From positions 930,001 to 994,000 of the forward strand of contig MU008163.1 in NCBI GenBank assembly GCA_010909165.1: a DNA stretch of 64,000 nt, given 5' to 3'. Of this stretch, positions 1 through 11,829 are shown piece by piece. The notes below the pieces were generated by a model that did no database searches, was not told where the DNA came from, and saw only the letters and a list, made by a program, of their open reading frames with translations. Source of the stretch: Anthoceros angustus. Taxonomy: Eukaryota > Plantae > Anthocerotophyta. The position numbers and the translations under genes were made by a program. Numbering within the stretch: the stretch's first letter is position 1; the number at the start of each line of letters is the position of its first letter.

Positions 1-1031
1 CCTTTCTCTTTGCATCTGTATCCTTTGTCCCTTCTAGAGACTTGGCTTGAGGTCTTCCACCGTGATGTGCTCTTCTTGGAGAAGAGTGCCAAGCCTTCGT
101 TGCCTTGTCCGGAAAGAACCATCAAGCTCCTCTTGTAGGAGTAATCTAACCACCTCATCAAAGGTTGGTTGATTGTCACTTGGACGCATCGCTACGGATG
201 CCCTATAAGACAATAAAAATTGCCTACATGATGGTGGCAAACTACTCGCGACATGATCACCTTACCCTCCAAGGTTTGATCTCGCCTCCCTCATTTGATC
301 AACCAAGCTTTTCAACTTGTTGACATGTTGTTGAACGGTCGCCTCAACCATCTTGAAGTTGGAGAATTGACTTTCCAGCAGATTTCGCTCACAATGCTCT
401 TCTTCTCATACGTGCAAAGAATTTTCCATGCATCCCGAAGAGACACACTCGCTCAATTGTGAGAGAATGTCATCGACATTTCAGATAATATTAGCCAAGG
501 CTTCGCATCCTTGTCTATATCCTTTTCGAGCGCCATCCGGAAGTCCATTTTCCACAAACTTCCACAATCCGTCAATGAGAAGAGATTTTAGCTTCAACTT
601 CCATAATGTGAAGTTCCCGCCATCAAACTTCTCCACTTGACGCGTAGTCTCCATATGCACACCTCCGAAAGCTATGCAAAGACAAGACAAAAGTTCCTCG
701 CACCAAAACTACTACCAAGCTTCACAAATTGCAAACGAGCTTTGACACTTAGTCCGCATAACTACAAACAATGCAATAGAAGACAAGTGGCAGTCCCACT
801 GTGGTGGTGCAGTACTTTACGCATCTCTGAACCATGCTCGATACCATGTTAGAAAGAATTCCTGTGTTCAAGACATTAGAAATGGTGTGCTATGCATACA
901 TATATAGCCTTTGGCCTTGTCATACTCTCGATAGTATGAAACCCTATCTCGCTGGATAATCCTATATACTTCTAGGACTTATACTCATAACTCTAATATG
1001 TGATGTGTTGCCAATCCTATAGATTTCAACA
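1..1031 (-). mobile_element. 5' end of Ty1/Copia LTR retrotransposon: gag fragment, PBS and 5' LTR (847-1031). Duplicate of the element at 21809-26351
   Basis: Gag N-terminus VEKFDGGNFTLWKLKLKSLL (ORF 481-690). Minus-strand PBS TGGTATCGAGC at 836-846 abuts a TG...CA LTR at 847-1031, followed by GATTT (1032-1036). Sequence matches 25297-26356 apart from small indels. Confidence 0.92.
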
Positions 1032-1036
1032 GATTT

Positions 1037-1990
1037 CACGACAACCGGAATGGGGCAACCTTTCCTCGCTAATGGCCCCAATTCCGGGGAGTACTTGGAT
1101 CAGGGGCTTGTGGCAATAGCGAGTAGTGGAGGTCGTGGTGATCCGAAATTGTTTTCGCCTCCCTTAAGGCAAGGGAATTGTGGTTTAGTGGTCCGGCATC
1201 ATGCACGGTATATTGTTTGGATTTTAAGCTCTCGCCTCGTCATCTCTTTTGACGTTCCTTGAATTTCGAAGTCCACATTAGGTGCTCGCGCGGCAGTGCT
1301 GCACCAGTCCTCTTTCCATGCTAAGGTTGCACCTGCACTAGCCATTCTCGAATATTTATGCAGGATGATGTGCATGACCCCAAGGCGACTGCTGAAGTTT
1401 TGGACAATGAGAGATGGTTTCACATAGGATTCAGTGCGTATTTCAATTTGGAGGGCTACCTTTTCGTTGTCAGCAAGATCAGTGACCTCAGCAACTATAA
1501 AGGCTTTCAGGTGTGTTTTCTTGATGTGTTGCAAGCTCGTACCGGCCTACAAGTATGCGTGTGGCTTTAATTCGCGTGCTGAAACATCCGATATACCATC
1601 TCTGGTCCACGGCCACCCGGATGACAGGGTGCACCAGGAGGAATTGAAAGTTTTTCTGGTCATGCATCCTCAGGTCAAAGATGCTGCAGTCATACCGTGA
1701 GTGTTCAAGTTCTTCGAACGTTCTCCAACGTTTTACCGAGGCTAGCTGGTTCTTCTAAGTGCTTTTAAAAGTGCTTGTTTGCCTAAGCAAGCAGACCTTT
1801 ATACAGTATATATATCCCAGAAGATGAGAAACATGTTTGCCTGCAGGTATCCTGGTTCCATGAGTGTATACACCATTCCCATGGCATGTATAGTACATTG
1901 GACCTTGAAAATTCAACCCACCAAAGACGAGATCAAGTACTACATCGCAGAGAAGGTATACTCAAGTACTACATAGCAGAGAAGGTATAC
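1037..1990 (+). pseudogene. 3' half of a 4-coumarate:CoA ligase-like (AMP-binding) gene, copy 1
   Basis: Motifs GELWFSGP, ATAEVLDNERWFHIG, GYLFVVSKISDLSNYKGFQV, EELKVFLVMHPQVKDAAVIP and IPMACIV...DEIKYYIAEKV match the C-terminal half of 4CL-like enzymes. Frameshifted. Confidence 0.8.
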
Positions 1991-2849
1991 TTACAGGACT
2001 GGACCACCTACAGAACTAGCTAGGATTCCACTCGAATAAGCATGCTCGTTTACTGATGATGCGTCAAACCTACTGGCCACGTGCTGTTTTCCTTTCGTGT
2101 TGTTTCCTTCGGCCTTGCTGCGTACATATACAACTTTGTCCAGCCTGTAAAAGTCTCTCAAAGTCTGTAGAAGTCTCTCACAGCATCCTTCAATTCGAGC
2201 CAGGAATGAAAAGATTCAATACAAGAAAACATTACAATGCACGACCCAGCCTAGTTCATGAATCATTCCAATCACGAGCTTGCACTTTCATCCCAGCCTG
2301 GAGACAAACATCTAGTCTACACCGGAACAATACCAGCAGACTGTAAACAAGTGTCAGATCCTGGAGATCCAGCACTTCAATTGCCGCAAGGAACGGGACC
2401 GGATGAAAAGAAAGTCAGATGGAGATGGATGCCGTTTGAGAAGTGGAGGGTCAGGAGGTAGATGTACGACCCAGGTCCCGGATCTGTGCTGAAGCGTTCT
2501 CGAACAGAGATTGTGGTGACTCGGAATGGCTATGATAGCAGGATATTCCCAGCAGGGCTAGGGCATGGTCATGTTGCCATTCAGACCCTGAACAGTGATG
2601 ACTCAAGTTATCACGCTGTCAGATTCTGAGGCCACAGCTCTAAGAGAAAAGTCTACAGCCGAGAGATAAAGAGGAGGATCCACGCCCGACGGAAGAGTCC
2701 GAAGCATGTGCCTTCAGGGAAAGGACTCTGTGAGAGATTAGCAATATCCAAGTTTCCCAATCTTTACAAATCAAAATTAGTCAAAGTACCTTTCCCCATG
2801 TGTGCGTTCAGGTTCAGGTTTCACGATTCAGGTTTCAATCCTTGCATGT

Positions 2850-5055
2850 GTGCTTTCGAGTCTCGTCTCTCTCTCACCACAAAATGTGCACGAGCCGTCT
2901 ATGCCTACCCACCAGCTCTGGCCTGTTTCCATGCCCCAATTGCTTTCCTCCTCGTCTGCAGCTTCTGTGCCTCCCACATCTCATCATTGAGATATATGTT
3001 GGACATCAACACATAGGCTGCAGCATCCTTGTCATGCAGCTTCAGTGCTTCGTTGAAGGCATGGAGTCCCACCGGCACGTTGCTCCACTTCTGACAGGCA
3101 CCCAAAAGTGTGTGCCAGACTGCGATGTCGGGGAAAACAGGCATGCTCCTTGCCACCCCTAGAGCCTCGTGGAGGTGGCCTGCACGACCCAGGATGTCCA
3201 CCATGCACGTGTAGTGCTCCATGGTGGGAGTGATGCCATAGTGTTGGCTCATTGCCTCGAGTACTCTCCCTTGTCCACAAGGCCTGCATGACTGCATGCT
3301 TTCAGAACGCTGAGAAATGTGATGCTGTCCGGCCGCTCTCTGCTCTTGCATTCTGCAAAGCAGGTGGAAGACTGTTTCGCTGTCCTTGCCGGGTGTATCC
3401 TGCAATCAGTGCATTCCAGGCGACACTGTCTGCTTCAGGCAACCCATCAAATACCTGATGAGCATCCACCATGCTCCCAGACTTCGCATACATGTTTATC
3501 AAACTGATGGCTACAAACGGGTCTGCCTGATGCCCCTGTTCTTCGATCTGAACATGCAGCCACCTTCCCGGATGCAACGCTGCTACATCCGCACATGCCT
3601 GCAGGAGGCAGGCAAACGTTACAGAATCCGGAGCAGAAATGCCTTCATCTCGCATGGCTCTGTAAACACGAAGAGCTTCATGGCCCATCCCCTGCTGGCA
3701 GTATCCCGCCATCATGGCATTCCATGTCACCAACGCGTTTTCCGAGCAAGCGGGCAAACACAGCCCGAGCATCCTCGATGCTGCCACACTTTGCATACAT
3801 TATCACCAGGCTGCACCTACAATCGCATCACCCAGCAGCCCTTGACATCAATCTGAGCATGGAGCTCTTTCCTGCCTCAAACCCCGGCACCCACGCTCGA
3901 ACACGCCTGCAGGAGGCTCACAAACGTCACAGAAGTGGGTGCAGCCAGGCCCTCTTCCTTCATAGCCCTGTAGAGATGAAGTGCTTCTTCACCCTGCCCT
4001 GCTGGGCATATCCTGCTATCATGGCATTCCATGACACCGCATCTTTCCCCTACCAAGCCCATCAAAACTCTCCTGGCATCATCCCAGCTGCCACACTTTG
4101 CGTACATGTCCACCAGGCAATTCACAACAAACAAGTCAGGCTCAACCCCACAAGCCATAACATCAGCATGCACCTGCCGCCCAGTTCTCAAGTCCTACGA
4201 AAGCCTGAAAGGCATGCAACAACGAGCTTAATTCTTCAGACAGTACTTTTCTGTCATAGTTTGTACTAGGAGGTTACTCCGACCCAAGGGCAACGAGACA
4301 ACTAGGAAACAACATCATGCACATCAACGTCAGGGCGCGGAACTAAATTCCTCATCATGTGGTAACTCGTCCTGCAATGGAACAAGATAGGGCTCCGAGT
4401 CTTGCCCCATGAGATACCAAAGACTCGAGATACGTGTACAAACTCACCGATTTGGTTTCATGAGGGATGTCATGAGCGAGGAGCCAGGCGGAAAAGATCA
4501 GTGACTCATAAACTGTAACCTGAGGAGAATGTATGTCAAATTGCTCACAATATCCGGATACCCGTGCAAAGGTGTCCTGGTTCTTGACAAATCCTGATAT
4601 GCGAATTTCTCCATCAATATATCCCCCTGTTTTCCTCCCCGCCAGCACATCCATTAGGGTGGTCTTCCCAGCTCCACTTACTCCCATCAGCGCAGTCAAA
4701 GTGCCAGGCCTAAAAGCTCCATTAATATCGTGAAGAAGGGTTCGGCTTCTCCAACATGCCATGAGAAGCATACATCCGGAGGATGTGGTTGCACAGGAAC
4801 GTATCCGATCCATACCCTTCTGCACTGCCAGGACATTCACCTGGCGACCCAGAACCAGCTCCCTCTTCCCCACACAGGTTCTCAGGACAGCGTAGATAAG
4901 AGACCCGTGTTTGCAGGGCCCAGAAAAGCCGTTGCCACAAGAGGAGGTGTGAATGACGTGCGAGGCTCCTGGCAGCCAAGGTGGGCACAGGAATGCGCTG
5001 CCTGTGCAGGCAAGCCTGAACGGTCCAGCTGGGCCCATGCTGCCCATCTCCGCAT
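2850..5055 (-). pseudogene. PLS/E-class pentatricopeptide repeat gene, copy 1 (frameshifted, with a foreign insert at 4195-4744)
   Basis: Repeats such as VTWNAMMAGYCQQGMGHEAL and SLINMYAKSGSMVDAHQVFD, plus the E-motif EHYTCMVDILGRAGHL...WHTLLGAC...AAAYVLMSNIY. Colinear with 28333-30380. Confidence 0.88.
4448..4744 (-). pseudogene. Isolated exon fragment of a PDR/ABCG transporter NBD2
   Basis: [49 protein letters not shown]...[30 protein letters not shown] contains Walker A and the Q-loop region. It ends at a GTGAG splice donor (4447). Confidence 0.9.
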
Positions 5056-5769
5056 GCACTTGCACTAGGACAGAGTCTTTCCTCGAGTTTCATGTCACCC
5101 GACGAGATCGGCCAAGAGGACGGCCCGTAAGACCACATCATCACGAACAACGAAACGCCCTCCGGGTTTCAACGGGACATCCATTTTATTCATGCTTCAT
5201 TTCTTACAGGAACCGTCGGTGCCATACACGTTCGGTCCAAAGTATGGACGAACGGGCCATTTTACAACATGTGACGGCCCCTGTGCCATCTGCTCATCCA
5301 CATAGCGAGTCATAGGGCATGTGCGGTCCTCATGGATTATTAAAATGCATGTGAATTTACAAAAAATGTTCCAAAAGGGGTGTTTGGAGAGCTAGGGCAG
5401 CTCTAAGCAACCACTAGTGACATGTTAGGAAAAGTATGAGTTTAGGCAAAGCAAAAAGTGTTTTGCTCAGCCAGGTACGCTGCATCGGGGAACGTGTATT
5501 CCAAGATATGGGGCAGTTGATAAGAAACAAAGGACCCTTAGTGTAGGTGCCCCTTGGAACACTGGAAACTGTATCTCGAACTTTGGATCTTCCCGAGTAA
5601 AAGATAGGGGCCCAAAACGAATTTTATAAGGAGACACACCGGAGCCTTGCTCCTCGCCACTTTTCTATGACCATGAGTATTGTGCACTACAGTACAATGC
5701 AGCTTGTCTTTGTTTATTGAGTGTGCCTGTCATGGCATAGATTGACAAGAGGCTTTGTACATAATAAAG

Positions 5770-6150
5770 CTGGCACCACTCTCCATAGCCAAGAGCACCA
5801 CTCTCCACAGCCAGGAGCACCACTCTCCACAGCCAGGAGCATCACTCTCTACAGCAAGCAACACCACTCTCCATAGCCAGCAACACCACTCTCCACAGCC
5901 AGCAACACCACTCTCCACAAGTGAGGAACAGCACTCTCCACAAGCGAGGAACAACAATCTCCACAGCCAGGAACACCACTCTCCAGAGCCAGGAACACCA
6001 CGGTCCAATGTCAGGAAATCCAATCTCGATAGTGAGGATTAGGACTCTGCAGAGTGAGGAACACCACTCTCCATAGTTAGGAAATCCACTCTCAGACAGT
6101 GAAGAACAGTACTCTCCACAAACCACCAACAAGATCACCAAAAACACGAT
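5770..6150. repeat. 21-24 bp minisatellite with core CACCACTCTCCA(C/T)AGCCA, roughly 15 degenerate copies, followed by a CAG/CAC-rich tract to about 6600
   Basis: Repeated caccactctccacagccagga units are directly visible. Confidence 0.85.
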
Positions 6151-6589
6151 TCAACCACAAACTTGCTTGCAAGTAGCAGCAACATGTGAAAGGCAGCATG
6201 AGCAATGCAAGCAGCACCAGCTGCTCCACCAACTTCCAACCAGCAGCAACTGCACGCAAAGTCAGACCAAAAGCACTATGTAAAGTTTGCAGCACCAGAC
6301 CACCAACATCAGGACCACCACCAGCATTGTTCCACCCAACAACTAGCATCAACATCGCAACATAACACCACCAGCATTAGCATTGCAGCAGCACACCACC
6401 AGCATGAGTAAGGCAAGCAACACCAACTGCTCCACCACCTTTCAACCAGCAAGCAGCTGCTTGCAAAGTCGGACCACCAACACAATGTAAAGTCAGTAAG
6501 CGCCCATGGGCATCAGCAGCATTAGACCACCCTCGAGTGGGGAACACACTCTCCACAGTCAAGAAATCCACTCTTGATAGGGTGGAAGA

Positions 6590-9500
6590 GCTTTGTCAGC
6601 AACACCAGTCACAAAAATCAAAATCTTCACAAGTGGAAGACAACTAACCTCCCACAAATAGGGCACGCATTGAGCTTCACATGTTTCACAGATTCAGGAA
6701 CATGAGGAAACCATATGTCAAGCGAAGCTTCCATCCAAGCTAGTACCCACAGCGGCCCAGCGGGCAATGTCATCAATTGGGCGAATTCTTTGTGTGAGTT
6801 CAACAGCTTGCCTGTTTTATGCTCCCTTCTTAACATGTCTCTCTGCCGTCTCCAAAGACCTTCGCAATTTAGCAACTTCAACTACCAGGGCATCTTACTG
6901 TTTCTCCAGCTCCTCAAGAGATTTCTTGCAACCGCCCGACTGAGCAACCTTCGCCTCATACTGCTTGAAGCTGTTCTCTCCTAGAACAGCCTTTTTTGCT
7001 GCTAGTTCCCCACACAACTCCATGACATTGTGCCACTTCTTTACCTCCTCCTCATTCTTCACAAGCCGAACAATGTCATTGTGCCAACTATCCAAGAAGT
7101 CCACATAGCTGGCGGCTAGAGGCCTAAACCTCTTCAAGCTCTCAGGGCCCAACACCCCTTCACCTAGACGGAGGTTTCGAGATGTTTCCCCTATTTCAAA
7201 TCTAGCTTTCTCTCGTCATCCAACTTCCGCATTAACCTTGAGAATCTCCACCTCAATTGCTAGATCAGCATGGTCCTCATCTGCAGCCACCTCTTCGGCT
7301 TCAGTCTCCTTGGGATATAGCGAGGAGTTTTTTGCTTTTGCCCGCGAGCGCGTCCTTTGGCTGACATTCTCTCCACCCTCTTCATCCTCTTCCTTCACAG
7401 CCACTTCCTCCTGCAGTTAGAAATGCCATGCGGAAGCGTCTTGCATCAAGCAGATGCTTTTCTAAGAATGATAAACAATCAAGTAAGTTTTAAGTTCATA
7501 GGTGGGCTTTTAAAGGGTTACGAAGGGTTGTGTCCTTCGCTAGCTAGTTAACTAACTACATTTAAAGCTAAGGCCTAGTTAGACTAACCAACGTGGTATG
7601 TAACCAACGTGGTGCTTTTTCTTCTAACTCTCCCTCTCGAGACACGTTGCGGGTTGTCATATCTAAGAGCTCCATGTACAAACGGAGATCACTCTTGTTG
7701 TAGTCAAGCTTCCTTGCTCAATTCGGCTATCACCTAGAGTCACGAATCCGCGGTGAGCTCAGAGTGTACAAAGAACTCGTGGAGAAGAACACCACTCTTG
7801 TGACCAGAAAAGAGTAAGCTTTCTGCAACGACTTACAACTCCTAGTGACGGAACAAAAACGGATAGCCCCACCAAATGAGCGACCTAAATCGTTCAGCAT
7901 CGTACAATATCTACAGGCTACCATTCCAATGACCACTTTTCTGAGAAAGCCAAATAATCATATTCATCACCGATTGCCAACAACTCCACTCAGCTGCTTC
8001 AGGATTGTAACCCTCTGGAAGCGTAAGTAGAACTCCCTCTGCTGCAGCAACACTTTAATTAAAAGAGATAATCTGCATGTCTTGAGAGGTAGTGAAGTCG
8101 GCGTGTTGAACTCCTTTTTTCCATTCCATAGGTGCCTTGGGAACGCCATGATGTGAACATGTGTCTATGGCTACAGTTGTGCACTAACGCCGCAAAAGTA
8201 ATGAGCCACAGATCCTGTAGATAGAAACCACCAAACACACAGTTAGAGCACGAGGTCGGGCTGATCTAGGTACTGGATCTTGGCCTTGGAGACGACGGCA
8301 GCATTCTCCATCCTTGGCTCTTGGCGGGCCTCACCACTGCTTTCTTCCGACACTCTCTCCCAATGGCGTATCGCACCAATGACATGTCCCTCTCGCTAGG
8401 AGACTTGGAAGAACTCAAGATCCCCGAGAGCTCCTGCTCTTATTGTGACCTACCGTTGGTCACGAACATGACCCTTTCTCCCCCGTGTTGAGATGTGCCA
8501 GCATTGAACCTGGCGGCCTCCTCTTGAAGGAGAGCCCCAGCGATCTCTGACACAGTGATATTCGGGACCATGCCCGATCGATGCCGGTGAGCACTTCTCA
8601 CCGTCTGTTCAGGAAGAGACAAAGGTTTGATAACTAGCGGGAGGCTAGCTAAGAGCTGGACATGACAGATCAAATTCGAGATTACCCAAGTCGCAAGTTG
8701 AGCGGTAGATACCTAAACTTGCTTATGTCTTTGAGCAACAACATCGTTAGGTTGCATACGTAATGAGTAGAACTCAAGCGTCGTAACAAGAGTCATCACA
8801 TTAGTAGATTGATAGATATCTATGAGTTGCTTCCAAGCTTCAGAGGTTATGGCACCATCGATGGTGTAAGGTAACCTCGTCTAATCCGGAGATTAGCATA
8901 TGCATAGCCTCTATCTGCATCAAAGGCCAATAGCGGACCGGGACGAACAGGAAGGTACCTTCGACAATCGGAGGAGATCCAGTATTCAAAGCGATCTTCA
9001 TTCGACGAGACCATACTTGAATTTTGTGCCGTCAAGCGATCCTTCTCCTTGAAGTCGAGTCGACGTTCATCATGTTGAAGATTGTTGGCGTTGGTGGTGG
9101 TTGAGCAGCCATCCTTAAGGACTTTCACGGAAGAGCGAGCAGTCGAAATATTATGATATTTCGACTAGATCACTCGTTAGAGGAAAAAGTATCTTCAAAG
9201 GGTAGCAAAAACAATTTGCAAGTACCAGGACTTTGATCTTGCAGGCTTGGACCTGCTCGCAAAACCGGTGCTGCTCCTCAACCCAATCTTGGTCTTGTAG
9301 ACTTGGACCTACTCACAAGAAACGGCGTCATTTCAGAACCGGTGTCCGGAAAAGCCGCGTTCACACCGGTTGGGGCGGCCCAAACGGTTCAGCCAAACGA
9401 CAACTTGTTGTCGTTGGCGCAACGCGCATGAAACCAAGCAACTTGTTGCGCTGCATACCGCTGGAGCGCTGGCTCCCGCCTGCATGGGGCGCTGTGTCAC

Positions 9501-11254
9501 GGCAATCCACCTCCAGCACCTGCAGCATGTGCGATCGGCTGCGGGCGCTGGATCAGCGAGCCGGGGCGCCTCCTCCTGCTGAGCCCTGTGTCTGAATTTG
9601 GTGGATTTCAGGTCAGGATCAGCCGAGAATTGCTTCTCATCCTGCAATCTTCCACACCCCCTTAGATCCGCCTCAATTCTCGACGGAGTTTGCTCGATTC
9701 TGGCATCATTTGGCAGAAGTTGAGTAATAGGGGGCAGATCCGCTGTGGGAATACTTTCTCCCCCTACACACCTGCAGATTGGGAGAAATTGAGCCAGTTA
9801 AAAGATACTAAGATCAACCGAGCTCCAATCCCCCTCTTCCCCAATCAGGCTCCAATCAGCAACTTCTCGTGAGGTGAGGCGCCTGGATCTTAGCAGAGGA
9901 AGGGCGCCCTGTAGGCGCGACCAGCCCTGGCCTGAAATCGCTGTGAACGGGGCATCGGCGCCTCCGATCGGTGTGCCCAAAGATCCTCCTTCTTCTTCTT
10001 CTTTATAAGAAGGTATATAATAAAACCGTGCCTACCTATTTGCCATATAGGGGTTGTAGGGTCATTACAGTGCACACCATCGCAACTCCACAATTAAGCG
10101 CCCTACCCACGGATCAATACCCAGATGGGGAGCCTAACATAGGATTCACATAGTTCAAACAATTCTTTTTGTTTTGTTTTTTTTTTTTTGTTCTTTTAAA
10201 ACGAGATGCACATCTAGAGCCCTTGCAGCCCGTCGTGCTCTCCAGAAACTCTTCTTTCTAAATGTAGAATATTCACAACCACCTAAGACTCATATCTTGA
10301 ATTCTTAAAAACCCTCAATGATCTTGTGAAGTGAATTTTCTTCCATATTTTCTAATGATTTCTAAGAACGTAGTCTAGGACCATTGGAGCCCATCATACT
10401 CTTCAGAAATGCTACAAATCTAATATGATGTGCTATCTACTTTGCTCTTTATCAATGTACAAAAGAAGAGATAGCAAGCAAGTCCATGGCGGATCATTGC
10501 TCTGATACCAAGTTAGAAATGCCATGCGGAAGCGTCTTGCATCAAGCAGATGCTTTTCTAAGAATGATAAACAATCAAGTAAGTTTTAGGTTCATAGGTG
10601 GGCTTTTAAAGGGTTACGAAGGGTTGTGTCCTTTCGCTAGCCTGCTAGTTAACTAACTACATTTAAAGCTAAGGCCTAGTTAGACTAACCAACGTGGTAC
10701 AGAACCAACGTGGTCTGCTTTTTCTTCTAACTCCTGCTTCTTCTTATCTTCTTTCCTCCGTTCCACCCCATCCTTTGCAAGGCTCCTGGCAATTTTTCGA
10801 TATAAGGCCCAATCAACTTGGATACCACAAACCTTTTCTACCAGAACACCTAGAGCAAGCTTCTTCGGCATGTTCTTCTTCCTATCTCTGGGACACTTTC
10901 TATGAATGTAAAATGTGAGACCATTCACAGCATTCCATCAGGCGTGGAAAGTCCTTCACCCCATATAACACGATTCCGTGACCACTTGAAACCATCATTC
11001 ACTGGTGGTCCAAAAATAAGATAGATATACGCATCCCCGCCCACCAGTTCCTTCAAGCATTCCGTGAGGGTCGAATCTCTCACATTGATGCCACCACTTT
11101 TCACATTCCAGGATTTAAATAACCACACCTTCATAGCCTTTGTGTGCATACTCTTCACTTGTTCACATTTCTTCTCTTTCTCCAGAAGAAGTTCCCTCCT
11201 AGTCTTTGGGAGGCCTAAGGCATGACGTGAAGATTCACCCTCTTCCATCTTCAC
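6590..11254 (-). pseudogene. Unknown charged/coiled-coil ORF, probably retroelement-borne, interrupted by the LTR element at 7415-10732
   Basis: Removing 7415-10732 and one TSD restores an in-frame join, RRKEDKKKQ-EEVAVKEEDEEG. Several stops remain and no domain was recognised. Confidence 0.55.
7415..10732 (-). mobile_element. Non-autonomous gag-only LTR retroelement (TR-GAG-like) with AG...CT LTR termini
   Basis: LTRs at 7415-7629 and 10511-10732. TSD CCTGC at 7410-7414 and 10733-10737. PBS TGGTATCAGAGC at 10499-10510 and PPT GAGAGGGAG at 7630-7638. Degenerate gag (FKEKDRL...; LLASLP...ITVSEIAGALLQEEAAR). No RT or RNase H seen. Confidence 0.88.
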
Positions 11255-11634
11255 TTCCCTAGACGACTCCCTCTACAACACAGGCACAAACGAAACGTGC
11301 ACGCAGATCAACACCCATAGTCCATCCAGCTAACAGCAGCAGCAGCAGCAACACATGTGTCGCACACAAGGCAAGGAGCTAACAGCAACAACAGCAACAG
11401 CAGCAGCAGCAGCACATGTCACACACAAGGCCTTTAAAGCAGCTAATAGCAAGGCACACACAAAGCAGAAAAAGAACAAAGAATAGCAGATCTCTCTTAC
11501 ACCTACCACGGTACCTAACAACAACAGCAAAAGCAATAGCACGCGAACGGAAAAGAACGTCCTTCCCTTAAGTCCGTAGGGGGCAGGGCAATCCGATAGA
11601 GGCATGACTCACGGCTTGATCATAGAGCACTCGA

Positions 11635-11823
11635 GCTCTGATACCATAATTGGTTCTTGAGGAAGAGCGAGACCTCGTAGACGAAAGGAAACTCAATAGT
11701 GAATGAATATGAGAATATAAGAATGTCTTAGTATTTGTTCTTATATCCTTAGCATGATGACTCTTCATATAGGCGACCTAACATAAGTAACCTTTGAGCG
11801 AGATTAGGTTAACCCACTCAACA
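11635..11823 (-). mobile_element. Candidate 5' LTR (11651-11823) with tRNA-iMet PBS
   Basis: TGGTATCAGAGC on the minus strand at 11635-11646, next to a TG...CA bounded segment with a TATA-like CCTATATGAA. No partner LTR found in the window. Confidence 0.5.
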
Positions 11824-11829
11824 GGTGTA

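Noticed and set aside
2310-2600. LRR-like (TGTIPAD) and PPR-like scraps on the plus strand (also at 27660-27950)
   Set aside because: Only a few residues each, not enough to call a gene.
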